NCBI GenBank assembly: GCA_963722255.1
Contig: CAVRJO010000001.1
Location: forward strand, 224,001 to 288,000
From: Candidatus Babeliales bacterium
Lineage (GTDB): Bacteria > Babelota > Babeliae > Babelales > JANWKD01
DNA length: 64,000 nucleotides
Direction of reading: 5' to 3'
The first letter of the stretch is position 1; each line of letters begins with the position of its first letter. The notes beneath the pieces are model-generated. The model was not told the origin of the DNA, searched no databases, and was given only the letters and a program-made list of their open reading frames with translations. Shown here in pieces: positions 21,861 through 32,201 of the stretch. The position numbers and the translations under genes are program-made.

Positions 21861-23285
21861 TTAAATTCCAACAACTGCTTCTTCAGAAAATTCAAGCCCA
21901 ATCACTTCATTACGTTCAATTGCCTTATTATAACGTTTCCCCAACAAAAATGCGGTAATAAACCATAAAACAATTATGCCTGAAAAAAAGACTGAATGCA
22001 GTGGAAAGAAAAGCGCAGGCCCTAAATTTTCAGCAGTCATTACAAATGTTGATCCTACACTCTTTGCAAAACGAGAACCAAATGCGTCAATCCATGATTT
22101 CGATTTAAATTTAATATCTTTTAAGGTCGGAATATATAAACTTTCACGAACTGGTTGTGCAAAGGCATAATTAATCGCTTGTAATAAAATCAAGCCAACA
22201 ACAACTGCAAATGGCGTGTAGCTCACAATAAAGTAAAGGAGAAGCAAGAAGGTAAATCCTGGAACTAAAAGAAGGCATATCCTTTCTCCAAATACACGCA
22301 ACAGGGTCCCTGTTCCTAAGAATGAAATCAGTATTCCAAAAAAGTGCTGTATAAAAGCAACCATAAATAAAAATCCGCTGACTCCTGAAATATCAGTTGC
22401 ATTGTCTTGAGCGACACCAAGCCTATGATAACTTAAGACAGTACTTACAACCTCATAGAAAAATAACATTCCAAAAATACCCAAAATATAGGGACATTTG
22501 ATCAACATTATAAGCCCGGAGAAAATTCCTACCTTTTCATGGCCTTCTGCTTTTTTTTCTTTTTCTCTTTCAAACTGATAGGCGGCTTCATAGCCGTGTA
22601 AAAATTTTTTTGGAACTTTTTTAATTAACATATACACAATAAAGGGAATTATTAACATTAAAAGCGAAAAAAAGCCTAAAAGGAATTGATGACTCACAAC
22701 ATCAGAAAATAGTTTTGTCCCGGCAACGGTTCTATAACTAAAAAGAGCCCATGCAAATCCGGCAGTTACCATTCCACCTATCTTTGAAGCCGAAACTAGA
22801 AAGGCATAACTTTTTTTTGCACCTTCGGGATCATACACTGAATTAGCAAATGCCCAGAAAACACTGATCACAAAAGGAGAAAATCCTTCAATAAAGAAAT
22901 AGAACAACCAACCAAATAATCGATAAGGACTTGCTTCAGTATTGGGAAGACCAATAGTAGGATGGCCCACTAAATAAACACAAAAAAGACCAACAACGCC
23001 GTATACAATACTATAAAAATAGAGAAGTTGATATCTTCTAATCTTATCAACAAGGAAAGAATAAAATAAGATCGCAGGAATAAGCATTAACATCGCCATC
23101 ATTCTTGCAAGAGGAACATATTCCTTTCCTACAATGCTCATAAACATTGAGCTTTTGAGCTCCCTTACTAGGGTATACGCTCCGATTGTAAGAAAAAATG
23201 AAAGTCCTAATAAAATGAGCTTTAATCGCTCTTCTCGCCTGATATTAAAAAATGACTTAAAATACAAACTGAGCTTAGAACTCAT
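21861..23285 (-). CDS. Nucleotide transporter (NTT/TLC ATP/ADP translocase family)
   Basis: Many TM helices; YTLVRELK, FWAFAN, P.RESLYIP, KSKSWIDAFGSRFAKS. Confidence 0.85.
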   Translation of the reverse strand: MSSKLSLYFKSFFNIRREERLKLILLGLSFFLTIGAYTLVRELKSSMFMSIVGKEYVPLARMMAMLMLIPAILFYSFLVDKIRRYQLLYFYSIVYGVVGLFCVYLVGHPTIGLPNTEASPYRLFGWLFYFFIEGFSPFVISVFWAFANSVYDPEGAKKSYAFLVSASKIGGMVTAGFAWALFSYRTVAGTKLFSDVVSHQFLLGFFSLLMLIIPFIVYMLIKKVPKKFLHGYEAAYQFEREKEKKAEGHEKVGIFSGLIMLIKCPYILGIFGMLFFYEVVSTVLSYHRLGVAQDNATDISGVSGFLFMVAFIQHFFGILISFLGTGTLLRVFGERICLLLVPGFTFLLLLYFIVSYTPFAVVVGLILLQAINYAFAQPVRESLYIPTLKDIKFKSKSWIDAFGSRFAKSVGSTFVMTAENLGPALFFPLHSVFFSGIIVLWFITAFLLGKRYNKAIERNEVIGLEFSEEAVVGI

Positions 23286-23334
23286 TGAGACCCCCCGCAC
23301 TAGTTAATTATGGCAAAAATATAACTCTTTTTAC

Positions 23335-23377
23335 AGAAGGCCTTCTTATTAATTATTAAACAAGAAGGCCTTCTTTT
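23335..23377 (-). terminator. Hairpin between the NTT genes
   Basis: AGAAGGCCTTCTT repeated with a short spacer; each copy is self-palindromic, so the copies can pair; T-runs on both sides. Confidence 0.45.
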
Positions 23378-23392
23378 CATTGAATAACTAAA

Positions 23393-24745
23393 TTAGCAAA
23401 CAACACGCTTTTCAGCGATTGCTTGTTTATGTGTTTTAGCGAGATATAAAGCTACATATAACCAAATGCCCACCATTCCAAGCGAAGCAGCGGTTGAGAA
23501 TAGAATAAAGGTTTCGCTGGTAACAAATTGTTTAACAATATTAATACCTGAACCCAAAGCCTTTGAACTACGTGAACCGAACATCTCCATGAACGCTTTA
23601 ACTTTATATTTTGTTTCAGGCGTTGTAGGAATATATAACTGCTCTTTTGAAGGTTGGTTTAACGCATAGTTAAGACCTTTTGAGAATACCATGATCCAGA
23701 ATGCAATTGCCAAAGTAGGCTTGAAAGCAAGAATCAATGCAGCAATAGCAATAACTATAGGCATAACTATCAATGCTACGGAAAGACCAAGCTTACGACC
23801 GATGTTATTAACACCCAAGAATACGCAAATACAAGCAAGGATATTGGTATAAACGCCATAAACACCCATGTATGAGGTATATGCGTCTGCGCCGGAATAC
23901 TCTAAGGACGCAAAATATTTAAGATAAAAGTCAAAAATTGTAACAATAACCTCATAAAGCGTAATAACTGCAAAAATTCCAAGCAAATAAGGCTGGGAAA
24001 GAAGCAACTTCATATCATCAATAAAGTTTGTTTTTACTTTAGGCTTTGAATGCGCTCCAGCTGCTTGATAACCAGCAAGTTCCTCTTTTGGAGTCACCTT
24101 CATAAAGAACCATACCATTCCTCCAATGCCAAGCATTACAACGCTTGCAAGCATAAGTAAATTAGGAACACCAATTTTTTCTGCTTGGATAGCTAAGAGA
24201 GGCCCTACGATACCACCTAATTGTGCGCCAAATGCAACTAAAGCATAGCCGCGCTTAGCGGAATCAGGAGTTGTAGTATCTGCAGCAAACGCCCAAAAAA
24301 GCGCCACCATGATAGAACCAAAACTTTCAACGAATGTATATGAAACCCAACCAACTAAGCGACCCAAAAAGTCTGCATGGCCAGCTTGAGGAGTAATAGC
24401 AGGACTGTATATTCCATAATGCCCATGTAACATCACCAAACCAAGCCCTAATGCAATTAATGCATAGATTACACTTAACGCATAGAAAACTCGCTGGCGT
24501 GGAAATGCATCAACCAATTTCGAATATAAAATAACTAAAGGAATAACAACGACAAGGGAAACAAGTTTAGCAGTAGGAATATATTGCGCGCCTACATACT
24601 GGTTAAATACCCCATCTTTGATTGGCCTTAAGAGCCAATATACGCCAATAGTGAAACTAAAAATTCCGCCCAAAAGAGAAAATTTCTTCAATTCAGGCTT
24701 AGTAAAAGTACCCCACCATGTTTTAATAGCCGAACTATTATCCAT
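23393..24745 (-). CDS. Nucleotide transporter (NTT/TLC family), second paralog
   Basis: YWLLRPIKD, LFWAFA, NQPSKEQLYIP, KYKVKAFMEMFGSRSSKA. Confidence 0.85.
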   Translation of the reverse strand: MDNSSAIKTWWGTFTKPELKKFSLLGGIFSFTIGVYWLLRPIKDGVFNQYVGAQYIPTAKLVSLVVVIPLVILYSKLVDAFPRQRVFYALSVIYALIALGLGLVMLHGHYGIYSPAITPQAGHADFLGRLVGWVSYTFVESFGSIMVALFWAFAADTTTPDSAKRGYALVAFGAQLGGIVGPLLAIQAEKIGVPNLLMLASVVMLGIGGMVWFFMKVTPKEELAGYQAAGAHSKPKVKTNFIDDMKLLLSQPYLLGIFAVITLYEVIVTIFDFYLKYFASLEYSGADAYTSYMGVYGVYTNILACICVFLGVNNIGRKLGLSVALIVMPIVIAIAALILAFKPTLAIAFWIMVFSKGLNYALNQPSKEQLYIPTTPETKYKVKAFMEMFGSRSSKALGSGINIVKQFVTSETFILFSTAASLGMVGIWLYVALYLAKTHKQAIAEKRVVC

Positions 24746-24796
24746 ACAGTACAGTCCTCGTTTAAAAGTGTTTAATATATGACATTCATCGTTCTT

Positions 24797-24825
24797 ACTG
24801 TATCAAAAGATTAATCATTTGTAAA
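24797..24825 (-). promoter_or_regulatory. Sigma70-type promoter of the upstream NTT
   Basis: Minus strand TTTACA-N17-TACAGT with TG extension. Confidence 0.5.
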
Positions 24826-24890
24826 AAAATATTCAAAAATTCAAGAAACTCATTGTTCTTCATTCCGCATTCATAGTTTCTTGCATTAAG

Positions 24891-25415
24891 AAATGGCCTC
24901 ATGCCGGCTGGCATAACTGCATTACCCAATACAGTTAACATAAAAGTTTTTTAAATTAGGTATTTTTCTGCTATAAAATCCCTATAACCCTAATTCTTTT
25001 TAATAAGATTTTATCTGTAAAGGATTGCATGCCCAATACCTTTAATACACGTTTTTTTAACTTAGGTATTTTTATGTCAAAAATACCTAAAACCAAAAGG
25101 ACACCTAAGAAGTATCTTAGGAATCTCTGTCGCGCAAAAGGCGGGCCCTCGCATATTCTTGCAGAATATGCTGCTGACCCTTCAACGGTTGCGCTCAAAA
25201 GAAACAATTTATAAAATTCTCCGGTAGCTACACGTGGTCCCGAAAACTTAATGCTGTAAGCATTAATGTTGAAGTGGGCCATATTGGAGCGGGAAAGCAT
25301 TCCACCAGCATGGTGGTGTCCTTGTAGTTAAGGTATATTGGACAAGCAATATACCTTATTAAAAAAAATTCCTGCATAAGGGCCATTTTAAAATACTATT
25401 GCCCGAAGGCACTAT
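24891..25415 (-). ncRNA. Putative large structured ncRNA of unknown class
   Basis: More than ten nested or adjacent helices, mismatches resolving as G-U only on the minus strand, and a C(UUCG)G tetraloop; see findings. Confidence 0.6.
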
Positions 25416-25450
25416 TTGGATTAGAATTATTACATACTAAAAATACGACA

Positions 25451-25479
25451 TTTACTAGAGAGTCCCTTTTTGCTACGCT
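25451..25479 (+). promoter_or_regulatory. Sigma70-type promoter of lon
   Basis: TTTACT-N17-TACGCT with TG extension. Confidence 0.45.
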
Positions 25480-25601
25480 ATTAGAAAGGGTCGGTCACTT
25501 ACCCAACTCGATTCCTCCACTTATTAACAAAAATTAACAAAATTTCGAGTAACTTTTGTACTTAAAAAATCAAATAGTACTTATTTGAGACGGGAAAACT
25601 T

Positions 25602-28070
25602 ATGAACAAAGAAATTCAAGCTTCACACAAAGAATATTCGACGCACTATTTGCCGCTTTTGCCGCTCAAAAATGTAATTATTCTTCCAAAAAGTATTTTA
25701 CCTATAATTGTTGGCAGACCTTCTTCAATCCAGGCCGTTGAATTTGCGTTAAAAGACGATAAATCTATTTTTATATCAACGCAAAAAAATGCAGCTACAG
25801 AAAACCCGAACGAAGATGATATTTTTCAGGTTGGCACAAAAGCTACAATTTTACAGGTTATGCGCATGCCAAATGGTTCACTCAAAATTCTTGTTGAAGG
25901 GATTTGTAGAGCGCGCATCTTACAGGCCGACCATACACATGGGTTTATTGGTGTGACTATTGTTGATATGCCAACGACCCATTTAGAAAAAAGTATAGAA
26001 ATCGAGGCACTATGGCGCCACTTAAAAGAACTCTATGAAGATTATACTAAACATAATGAAAAAGTACCTGCTGATCTAATGTCCATCGCAAAATCAGTAG
26101 AAGATATGGATGCTATTGCTGATACGATTGCCGTGCATATAAACCTATCTTTTGATGAACGTCAAGCAATGCTTGAAACACCTGATTTAAAAGAGCGACT
26201 CATCAAACTCAGCGCACTCTTAAAAAAAGAGATCGATATTCTACAAACGGAGCAGCGTATTAAAGGCAGGATTCAAACACAAGTTGAAAAAAGCCAACGC
26301 GAATATTATCTTACTGAACAATTGAAAGCAATTCACAAAGAACTTGGCCGAGAAGATCAAGGTGCCGAGATAGTACAACTGCGCAATAAAGCAAAAAATC
26401 TTGGCCTTTCTGAAGAAGCTTTTGAAAAGGTTGAAAAAGAGTTTAAACGATTAGAACAGATGCCTCCTTTATCATCTGAAGCTGCCGTTTCGCGCAATTA
26501 TATCGATTGGATTTTATCATTACCTTGGAAAAAACAAAGCAAAGACTCAATTAGTCTTGAACAAGCCGAAAAAATTCTTAATAAGCAGCATGCCGGTCTT
26601 TCTAAGCCTAAGGAACGAATCATTGAATTTATTGCCGCTAAAAAGTTTTCAAAATCTATTGAACGTTCGCCTATTATTTGTCTCGTAGGCCCTCCGGGCG
26701 TGGGAAAAACATCATTGGCATCCTCAATTGCTAAAAGCCTCGGTCGAGAGTTTGTTCGAATTTCATTGGGTGGCATTCGTGATGAAGCAGAAATTCGTGG
26801 CCACCGAAGAACCTATATTGGTGCACTTCCCGGCAAGATCATACAAGGCATGAAAAAAGCAAAAACATTGAATCCTCTTATTTTGCTTGATGAAATAGAT
26901 AAAATGGCACGTGATATGCATGGCGATCCAGCATCAGCTCTTCTTGAAGTGTTAGATCCGGAACAAAACAGAACATTCACCGATCATTTTCTTGATATGG
27001 AATATGATCTTTCAAAAGTTATGTTTCTTGCAACGGCTAATATGATTGAAGGTATTCCATACCCACTTTTTGATCGCATGGAAATCATTACCCTAGCAGG
27101 CTATACTGAAGATGAAAAAAGAGAGATTGCTCGTAATTTCCTTATTCCTAAAGGGCTTAAAGAATATCAGCTCACTAAAAAACAGTTTCATATAACTGAT
27201 GTAACCTTACATAAAGTTATCAGCGAATACACCAAAGAGGCTGGCGTTCGACAGCTTGAACGCACCTTAACAAAATTAATGCGTAAGACCATTCAACTAC
27301 TTTTAAAAGATCATACTATAACATCCGTTGTAGTTACTGATGAACTCTTAAAAGAATGGCTCGGGCATCCAAAGTTTAAAAAAACAACACTTGATCTACT
27401 CAAAGAACGTGTTGGCATCGTTACAGGACTCGCATGGACTGAAGTTGGCGGCGACGTTTTAGAGATTGAAACATCGGTTCTTCCTGGTAAAGGAGGCTTA
27501 ACGCTTACTGGCCAACTTGGTGAAGTTATGCAAGAATCAGCATACGCTGCGTTGAGCTATATTCGTTCGCGTGCTTCTGAACTTGGACTTAAAGATTCAT
27601 TCTATTCATCCAAAGATTTGCATATTCATATACCTGAAGGCGCAACTCCAAAGGATGGCCCTTCTGCTGGTATTACCATGTGCGTTTCATTGGTTTCAGC
27701 ACTCACCAAAAATCCTACACGCCCTGACGTTGCCATGACGGGTGAAATTACCCTACGTGGACGTGTACTTTCTGTTGGTGGACTTAAGGAAAAGCTTCTT
27801 GCAGCTCAACAACATAATTTAACAACCGTAATTGTACCTAGAGAAAATCGCGATGATATTGAAGAGATCACCAAAGATACTCCATTGAATCTCAAAATCA
27901 TCTTTGTTGATAACATCGATGAAGTTCTTGTTCATGCATTGCAAAAAAATCCTTTTGAAAAAGCCAAAGAAGCTAAAAAGAATGGTAAAAATGGCAAGAA
28001 TAGTAAAAAGGAAGCTTCAACTTCAAAAAGTTCAAAAACGAAATCAAACGTTAAAGCTAAGAAGAAATAA
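25602..28070 (+). CDS. lon: ATP-dependent protease Lon
   Basis: LPLLPL N-domain, [24 protein letters not shown] catalytic Ser, GGLKEK catalytic Lys. Confidence 0.98.
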   Translation: MNKEIQASHKEYSTHYLPLLPLKNVIILPKSILPIIVGRPSSIQAVEFALKDDKSIFISTQKNAATENPNEDDIFQVGTKATILQVMRMPNGSLKILVEGICRARILQADHTHGFIGVTIVDMPTTHLEKSIEIEALWRHLKELYEDYTKHNEKVPADLMSIAKSVEDMDAIADTIAVHINLSFDERQAMLETPDLKERLIKLSALLKKEIDILQTEQRIKGRIQTQVEKSQREYYLTEQLKAIHKELGREDQGAEIVQLRNKAKNLGLSEEAFEKVEKEFKRLEQMPPLSSEAAVSRNYIDWILSLPWKKQSKDSISLEQAEKILNKQHAGLSKPKERIIEFIAAKKFSKSIERSPIICLVGPPGVGKTSLASSIAKSLGREFVRISLGGIRDEAEIRGHRRTYIGALPGKIIQGMKKAKTLNPLILLDEIDKMARDMHGDPASALLEVLDPEQNRTFTDHFLDMEYDLSKVMFLATANMIEGIPYPLFDRMEIITLAGYTEDEKREIARNFLIPKGLKEYQLTKKQFHITDVTLHKVISEYTKEAGVRQLERTLTKLMRKTIQLLLKDHTITSVVVTDELLKEWLGHPKFKKTTLDLLKERVGIVTGLAWTEVGGDVLEIETSVLPGKGGLTLTGQLGEVMQESAYAALSYIRSRASELGLKDSFYSSKDLHIHIPEGATPKDGPSAGITMCVSLVSALTKNPTRPDVAMTGEITLRGRVLSVGGLKEKLLAAQQHNLTTVIVPRENRDDIEEITKDTPLNLKIIFVDNIDEVLVHALQKNPFEKAKEAKKNGKNGKNSKKEASTSKSSKTKSNVKAKKK

Positions 28071-28104
28071 ACAGTAAGCAATTAAAAAACTTTCATTACA
28101 ATTT

Positions 28105-28146
28105 TTAAAGCACCCATTTTCTCTAGAAGATGGGTGCTTTAATTTT
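28105..28146 (+). terminator. Intrinsic terminator after lon
   Basis: TTAAAGCACCCAT / ATGGGTGCTTTAA followed by TTTT. Confidence 0.75.
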
Positions 28147-28268
28147 ATATTCTTCAAACAATCTCTCCTTTTCTTCATAAAAATTCGTATAAAACTTGCA
28201 ATCAACCCAATATTTTTACTAGAGTAACTTCAGTAAAATGTTTAACCAAATTCTTTAAGGGAGAATTT

Positions 28269-28712
28269 ATGAAGAAAATAGTATTGAGTTTATTATGCAT
28301 CGGAAGCATATTAGCTCTACCAGGATGCTGGTGTTGTCGCAAATCATGCGAACCTGTGTGCCAAGAAGATTATTGCGATGATTATGATGATTATTGCGAC
28401 AAAGAAAATTATGATGATCGTGAAGTAATCGGACACGAAGAACAACAAGGTCAGGTTACGAAAACCTATTATCGCAAAAAAGGCGAAGCTGCACCAAAAG
28501 GCCCTCGCAAAATAATGTACAAATCAGTTCATCCTGTACTTGATGAAGCACAAGCACAAGGCAAAGAATGCAAACTTCTTGACCCAAGATTCCACAAACA
28601 AAACAAAAAAATGAACAAAGAAGCAATGATGCAAGAAGAAGCGCCGAGAAAACGTTCAGCACGCAAACAAGCTCCAGCAAAAGAGATGGCTGAAGAACCT
28701 ATGGAAATGTAA
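28269..28712 (+). CDS. Cysteine-rich lipoprotein
   Basis: AAGGGAG RBS; lipobox-like LALPG|C followed by WCCRKSCEPVCQEDYCDDYDDYC. Confidence 0.7.
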   Translation: MKKIVLSLLCIGSILALPGCWCCRKSCEPVCQEDYCDDYDDYCDKENYDDREVIGHEEQQGQVTKTYYRKKGEAAPKGPRKIMYKSVHPVLDEAQAQGKECKLLDPRFHKQNKKMNKEAMMQEEAPRKRSARKQAPAKEMAEEPMEM

Positions 28713-28737
28713 TAAATCCATAGTATAGAAATTCTTT

Positions 28738-28770
28738 TAGGGAAGACCTCTTGTCTTCCCTATTTTTTTT
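28738..28770 (+). terminator. Intrinsic terminator overlapping the cmk stop
   Basis: TAGGGAAGAC / GTCTTCCCTA followed by T-run. Confidence 0.7.
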
Positions 28771-29446
28771 GTTTTTCATTAACAATTTCAAGCAATTTTT
28801 GCAATGTCTGCTCTAATGAAAGACTCGAATTATCAATAACTATATCATCGGCATGGATATGCAAAGGCGCATCTATTCTATTACTGTCTCTATCATCTCG
28901 TTCTCTAATAATTTTTACAGCTTCTTCAAACGTTGCTGCATTACTAGTATGATTCTTACGTTCTTTAAGCCATCGTAATGCACGAACTTCAGGACGCGCT
29001 GTCAAAAAAAATTTTATATCAGCCTGAGGAAAAACAACTGAACCTGCATCCCTGCCTTCAGCAATAGTATCATAATCATTAGCTAAAGTTCGTTGCAAAT
29101 TTAATAAAAACAGTCGTGCTTGTTTATTTTCTCCAACAAGTGATGCCGCCTTATCTATTAAAGGATCTTTTAAAAAAGCAGTAACATCAACATCATTAAT
29201 AAACATTGCCATCGTACCACGCTCTATATCATACGTATATCGCAATGCTTCAAGACATTTTTGACGCTTCTGGATATCACATCCGCGTAATAGTTGTAAG
29301 GGAACTTCTGCATTATGCAGCAAGCAGTAGCCCAATGCGCGGTATAACATTCCGCTATTTAAATAGTAGTAGTGTAATTTTTGTGCAAGCGCGCGAGCAG
29401 CAGTTGATTTTCCACTGGCTGCCGGGCCATCAATAGTTATAATCAT
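28760..29446 (-). CDS. cmk: Cytidylate kinase
   Basis: ITIDGPAASGKST, SGMLYR, EGRDAGSVVFP, RDDRD..R..APL. Confidence 0.95.
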   Translation of the reverse strand: MIITIDGPAASGKSTAARALAQKLHYYYLNSGMLYRALGYCLLHNAEVPLQLLRGCDIQKRQKCLEALRYTYDIERGTMAMFINDVDVTAFLKDPLIDKAASLVGENKQARLFLLNLQRTLANDYDTIAEGRDAGSVVFPQADIKFFLTARPEVRALRWLKERKNHTSNAATFEEAVKIIRERDDRDSNRIDAPLHIHADDIVIDNSSLSLEQTLQKLLEIVNEKQKK

Positions 29447-29455
29447 ACTGCTTCC

Positions 29456-31177
29456 TTATAGTGCAATATCATATCCTAAAAGTTCAAGACTCGTTTTATT
29501 ATTCCAATGATTTTGAGTCACTTGTACAGCAACATCAAATGGCTGATCACCATGCGCAAGCAGAAGCTCAAAAAGCTCCGGTCTATTAAAAAAGACCAAG
29601 GGCTTGATAATCCCTTCTGAAAAAACTGAACATTTAACATGAGCATCTTTCATTAAAATCGGTGCCTTCAGCACAACGACATTTTTCAGATAAAAAAGTG
29701 GTTGGCTATTTTCATTACCAAAAGGCTGTAAATATTCAAGATCATGCATAAATTTATCAGTAACATCTGAAAGCTTTATTTCAGCGTCTAACGTAACTTT
29801 CTGTTTTAAATCTTCAGGTGTAATAAGCGTTAGAAGACGCTTTTCAAGCCGTTCTTTTAACGCAGAAATATTGGCCGTCGGAAGCGCAAGACCTGCTGCC
29901 ACCGAATGACCACCAAACGTATTTAAGAGATCACGAGAATCATGCAAAGCATCAAACATGTTAAATTCTACTATTGAACGACATGATCCTTTTGCTATCC
30001 CTTCTTTCGTAAGATGTAAAAGTATCGTCGGCTTTCCATAAGCACCCACTACGCGTGATGCAACCAATCCAATGACTCCGGGTGGCCATGTATGACTTGC
30101 TGCAACAATAATATTCTCTTTGGTTATATCAATGGCTCCACTATCAATTTCACGCTTTACATCAGCAAAAATGGAGCGTTCAATTTCTTTGCGTGCTTGA
30201 TTGAGTTCATACAATGTTTTGCCAACCCGATCAACGTCAGCCATATCAGAACCAATCAAAAATCGTACACCTTCTCGTGCATCTTCCAATCTTCCTAATG
30301 CATTAATCTGCGGTACTATTGAAAAGCCGATATCGGTTGAAGAAAGCAATGGCTTTATAACCCCACCATTCTGCTTTAAAACTTTCAGTGAATAACTTTC
30401 AAAGCCATTGACATACTGCAATCCATGCCGCACCCAAAAACGATTTTCTCCTGTTAAAGGAACAACATCGGCAACCGTTCCTAGAAGTAAAAGCTCATAA
30501 GCCTTTTTAGGAATTTCTAAGCCAAGTTTTTCATAAAGCAGTGTAATAATTTTGAAAATAACACCAACGCCGGCAAACTTTTTATAGGGATACGGACAAT
30601 CATGTTGATGAGGGTTTACCAGTGCAAACGCTTCAGGAACATGATCATGCGGCCTATGGTGATCAGTAATAATGAGGTCAATGCCCAGCTCTTTTGCCTT
30701 TAAGGCAGGCTCAAAGGCCGTTATGCCATTATCAACCGTAACAATAATTTTATACTTATTTTGTGCTGCTCGTTGAACAACTTTTACGGAAAGGCCATAC
30801 CCATCACGAACACGATGTGGCAAAAAGAAGTTCACATCCGCGCCCAGAGGCATCAAACAGATCATCATCAAGGCTGATGATGTTATGCCATCCACATCAT
30901 AGTCACCGGCAATAAGAATTTTTTCTTTATGTTTTATTGCATATAACATACGATCAACGGCTTTTTCAGCATCTTTAAGCAGCGAAGGATGTGCGACTTC
31001 TTTTTCATATGAGCTGAAAAGAAAGGCATTAATAGCATCTTTTGTACTAAACCCTCGCGCCAGTACCGTTTGAGCAATAGGTAATGAAAGGTTATAGGTT
31101 GATGCAAGGTCAAGTACTGCTTGATGATCAACTGATGCTAATTTCCACAGATATTTTTTGCCTTGAACTGTTTTCAT
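29456..31177 (-). CDS. recJ: ssDNA exonuclease RecJ
   Basis: GDYDVDG, TVDNG, TDHH, GTVADVVPL..ENR, GSCRS, FGGH.AAG. Confidence 0.96.
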   Translation of the reverse strand: MKTVQGKKYLWKLASVDHQAVLDLASTYNLSLPIAQTVLARGFSTKDAINAFLFSSYEKEVAHPSLLKDAEKAVDRMLYAIKHKEKILIAGDYDVDGITSSALMMICLMPLGADVNFFLPHRVRDGYGLSVKVVQRAAQNKYKIIVTVDNGITAFEPALKAKELGIDLIITDHHRPHDHVPEAFALVNPHQHDCPYPYKKFAGVGVIFKIITLLYEKLGLEIPKKAYELLLLGTVADVVPLTGENRFWVRHGLQYVNGFESYSLKVLKQNGGVIKPLLSSTDIGFSIVPQINALGRLEDAREGVRFLIGSDMADVDRVGKTLYELNQARKEIERSIFADVKREIDSGAIDITKENIIVAASHTWPPGVIGLVASRVVGAYGKPTILLHLTKEGIAKGSCRSIVEFNMFDALHDSRDLLNTFGGHSVAAGLALPTANISALKERLEKRLLTLITPEDLKQKVTLDAEIKLSDVTDKFMHDLEYLQPFGNENSQPLFYLKNVVVLKAPILMKDAHVKCSVFSEGIIKPLVFFNRPELFELLLAHGDQPFDVAVQVTQNHWNNKTSLELLGYDIAL

Positions 31178-31382
31178 GAATGCACATTCCGATACTTATT
31201 TTAAAAATAATACGTTGTTTAGTATGACATTATTTGATTTTTTTTATAGAGCATGAGAAAACAATTAGAGGAAAAAAACTCAAAAATATTTATTAAGTAT
31301 AATAACGTTGTAATCAATTTTGCTTTATACTTGCTATTTTGTTAATCTTTAAATATTCATTTATAATAATAAGAAATTAAAA

Positions 31383-32201
31383 ATGTTTTACAATATTATT
31401 TCATATTTGAAACCAACAATAATACGTTTTATATTACTCACCTTTATCATGCCAATGAGCATATATGCCATGGAACAAAGCTCAGAAGAATCCTTTTTTG
31501 ATTCTGTTCCACAAGAAATTAAACAACACATGGTTCTTTTTGGTATTTATGCCTGCAAAAATCTGAAAGAAGTAGCTTCACTAGTAAATACATTAAAGCT
31601 AATCAGCTGGGAATGGAATACCAATGTTGAAGATCCTCTTATTGTGCATGACGTTGTACAAGACTTACACAAAAGATTTGAAATTGAGATATTAGATGCT
31701 CATTACATCTTCCATACAAAGGCAGCACAAAAAAAATTGCAAACAAAAATGGAATTGATCACAAAATATGCTTTTTTACATCATAATAATTTATTACGTC
31801 AAAATGGTGGTATAAAAAGTTTACCTGTTGGAACTTCACTAACATATATTGCCTTAACACTAGCATATAAAAATTTGCACCCACAAAAAAAAGAGAATCC
31901 AAATTTATATAACACTTTAGAAGATACTTATACCATAACAACAAAGGCAAATCTTATCGATGTTATTGTTGATGCTTATGGTGCTGATAAAACTGGAGGC
32001 CACGTTGCTAGTGCACGGCTTCTTTATTTATCAGAAAACACTAATACAGCTCTTAGTGCTATTCAATTAAAAAATTATTTAAGACATAAAAACTTAATTT
32101 CATGCTTAGCATCACGCGCATTTAATGTTTTTCATCCCGACCCTATAGGTATATCCCCAATCGGTGAAATGATGGAAAAACGTATAAATCCGATAAGTTG
32201 A
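31383..32201 (+). CDS. Hypothetical secreted protein with F-box-like start
   Basis: Signal ending IYA|MEQ, then FDSVPQEIKQHM resembling an LPxEI F-box-like motif. Confidence 0.55.
   Translation: MFYNIISYLKPTIIRFILLTFIMPMSIYAMEQSSEESFFDSVPQEIKQHMVLFGIYACKNLKEVASLVNTLKLISWEWNTNVEDPLIVHDVVQDLHKRFEIEILDAHYIFHTKAAQKKLQTKMELITKYAFLHHNNLLRQNGGIKSLPVGTSLTYIALTLAYKNLHPQKKENPNLYNTLEDTYTITTKANLIDVIVDAYGADKTGGHVASARLLYLSENTNTALSAIQLKNYLRHKNLISCLASRAFNVFHPDPIGISPIGEMMEKRINPIS

Noticed and set aside
24971..25300. ORFs 24971..25300 (-) and 25029..25214 (+)
   Set aside because: No RBS or recognisable motif; they overlap the densely base-paired region better explained as RNA.
24891..25520. Candidate RNA as tmRNA, RNase P RNA or oriC
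   Set aside because: No tRNA-like acceptor/T-arm ends, no GAGGAAAGTCC/P4 signature, and no DnaA-box cluster seen. A decorated 6S RNA cannot be excluded without a covariance search.
28368..28400. GATTATTGCGAT/GATTATGAT short repeats
   Set aside because: Coding low-complexity (DYCDDYDDYC); not a CRISPR or regulatory array.
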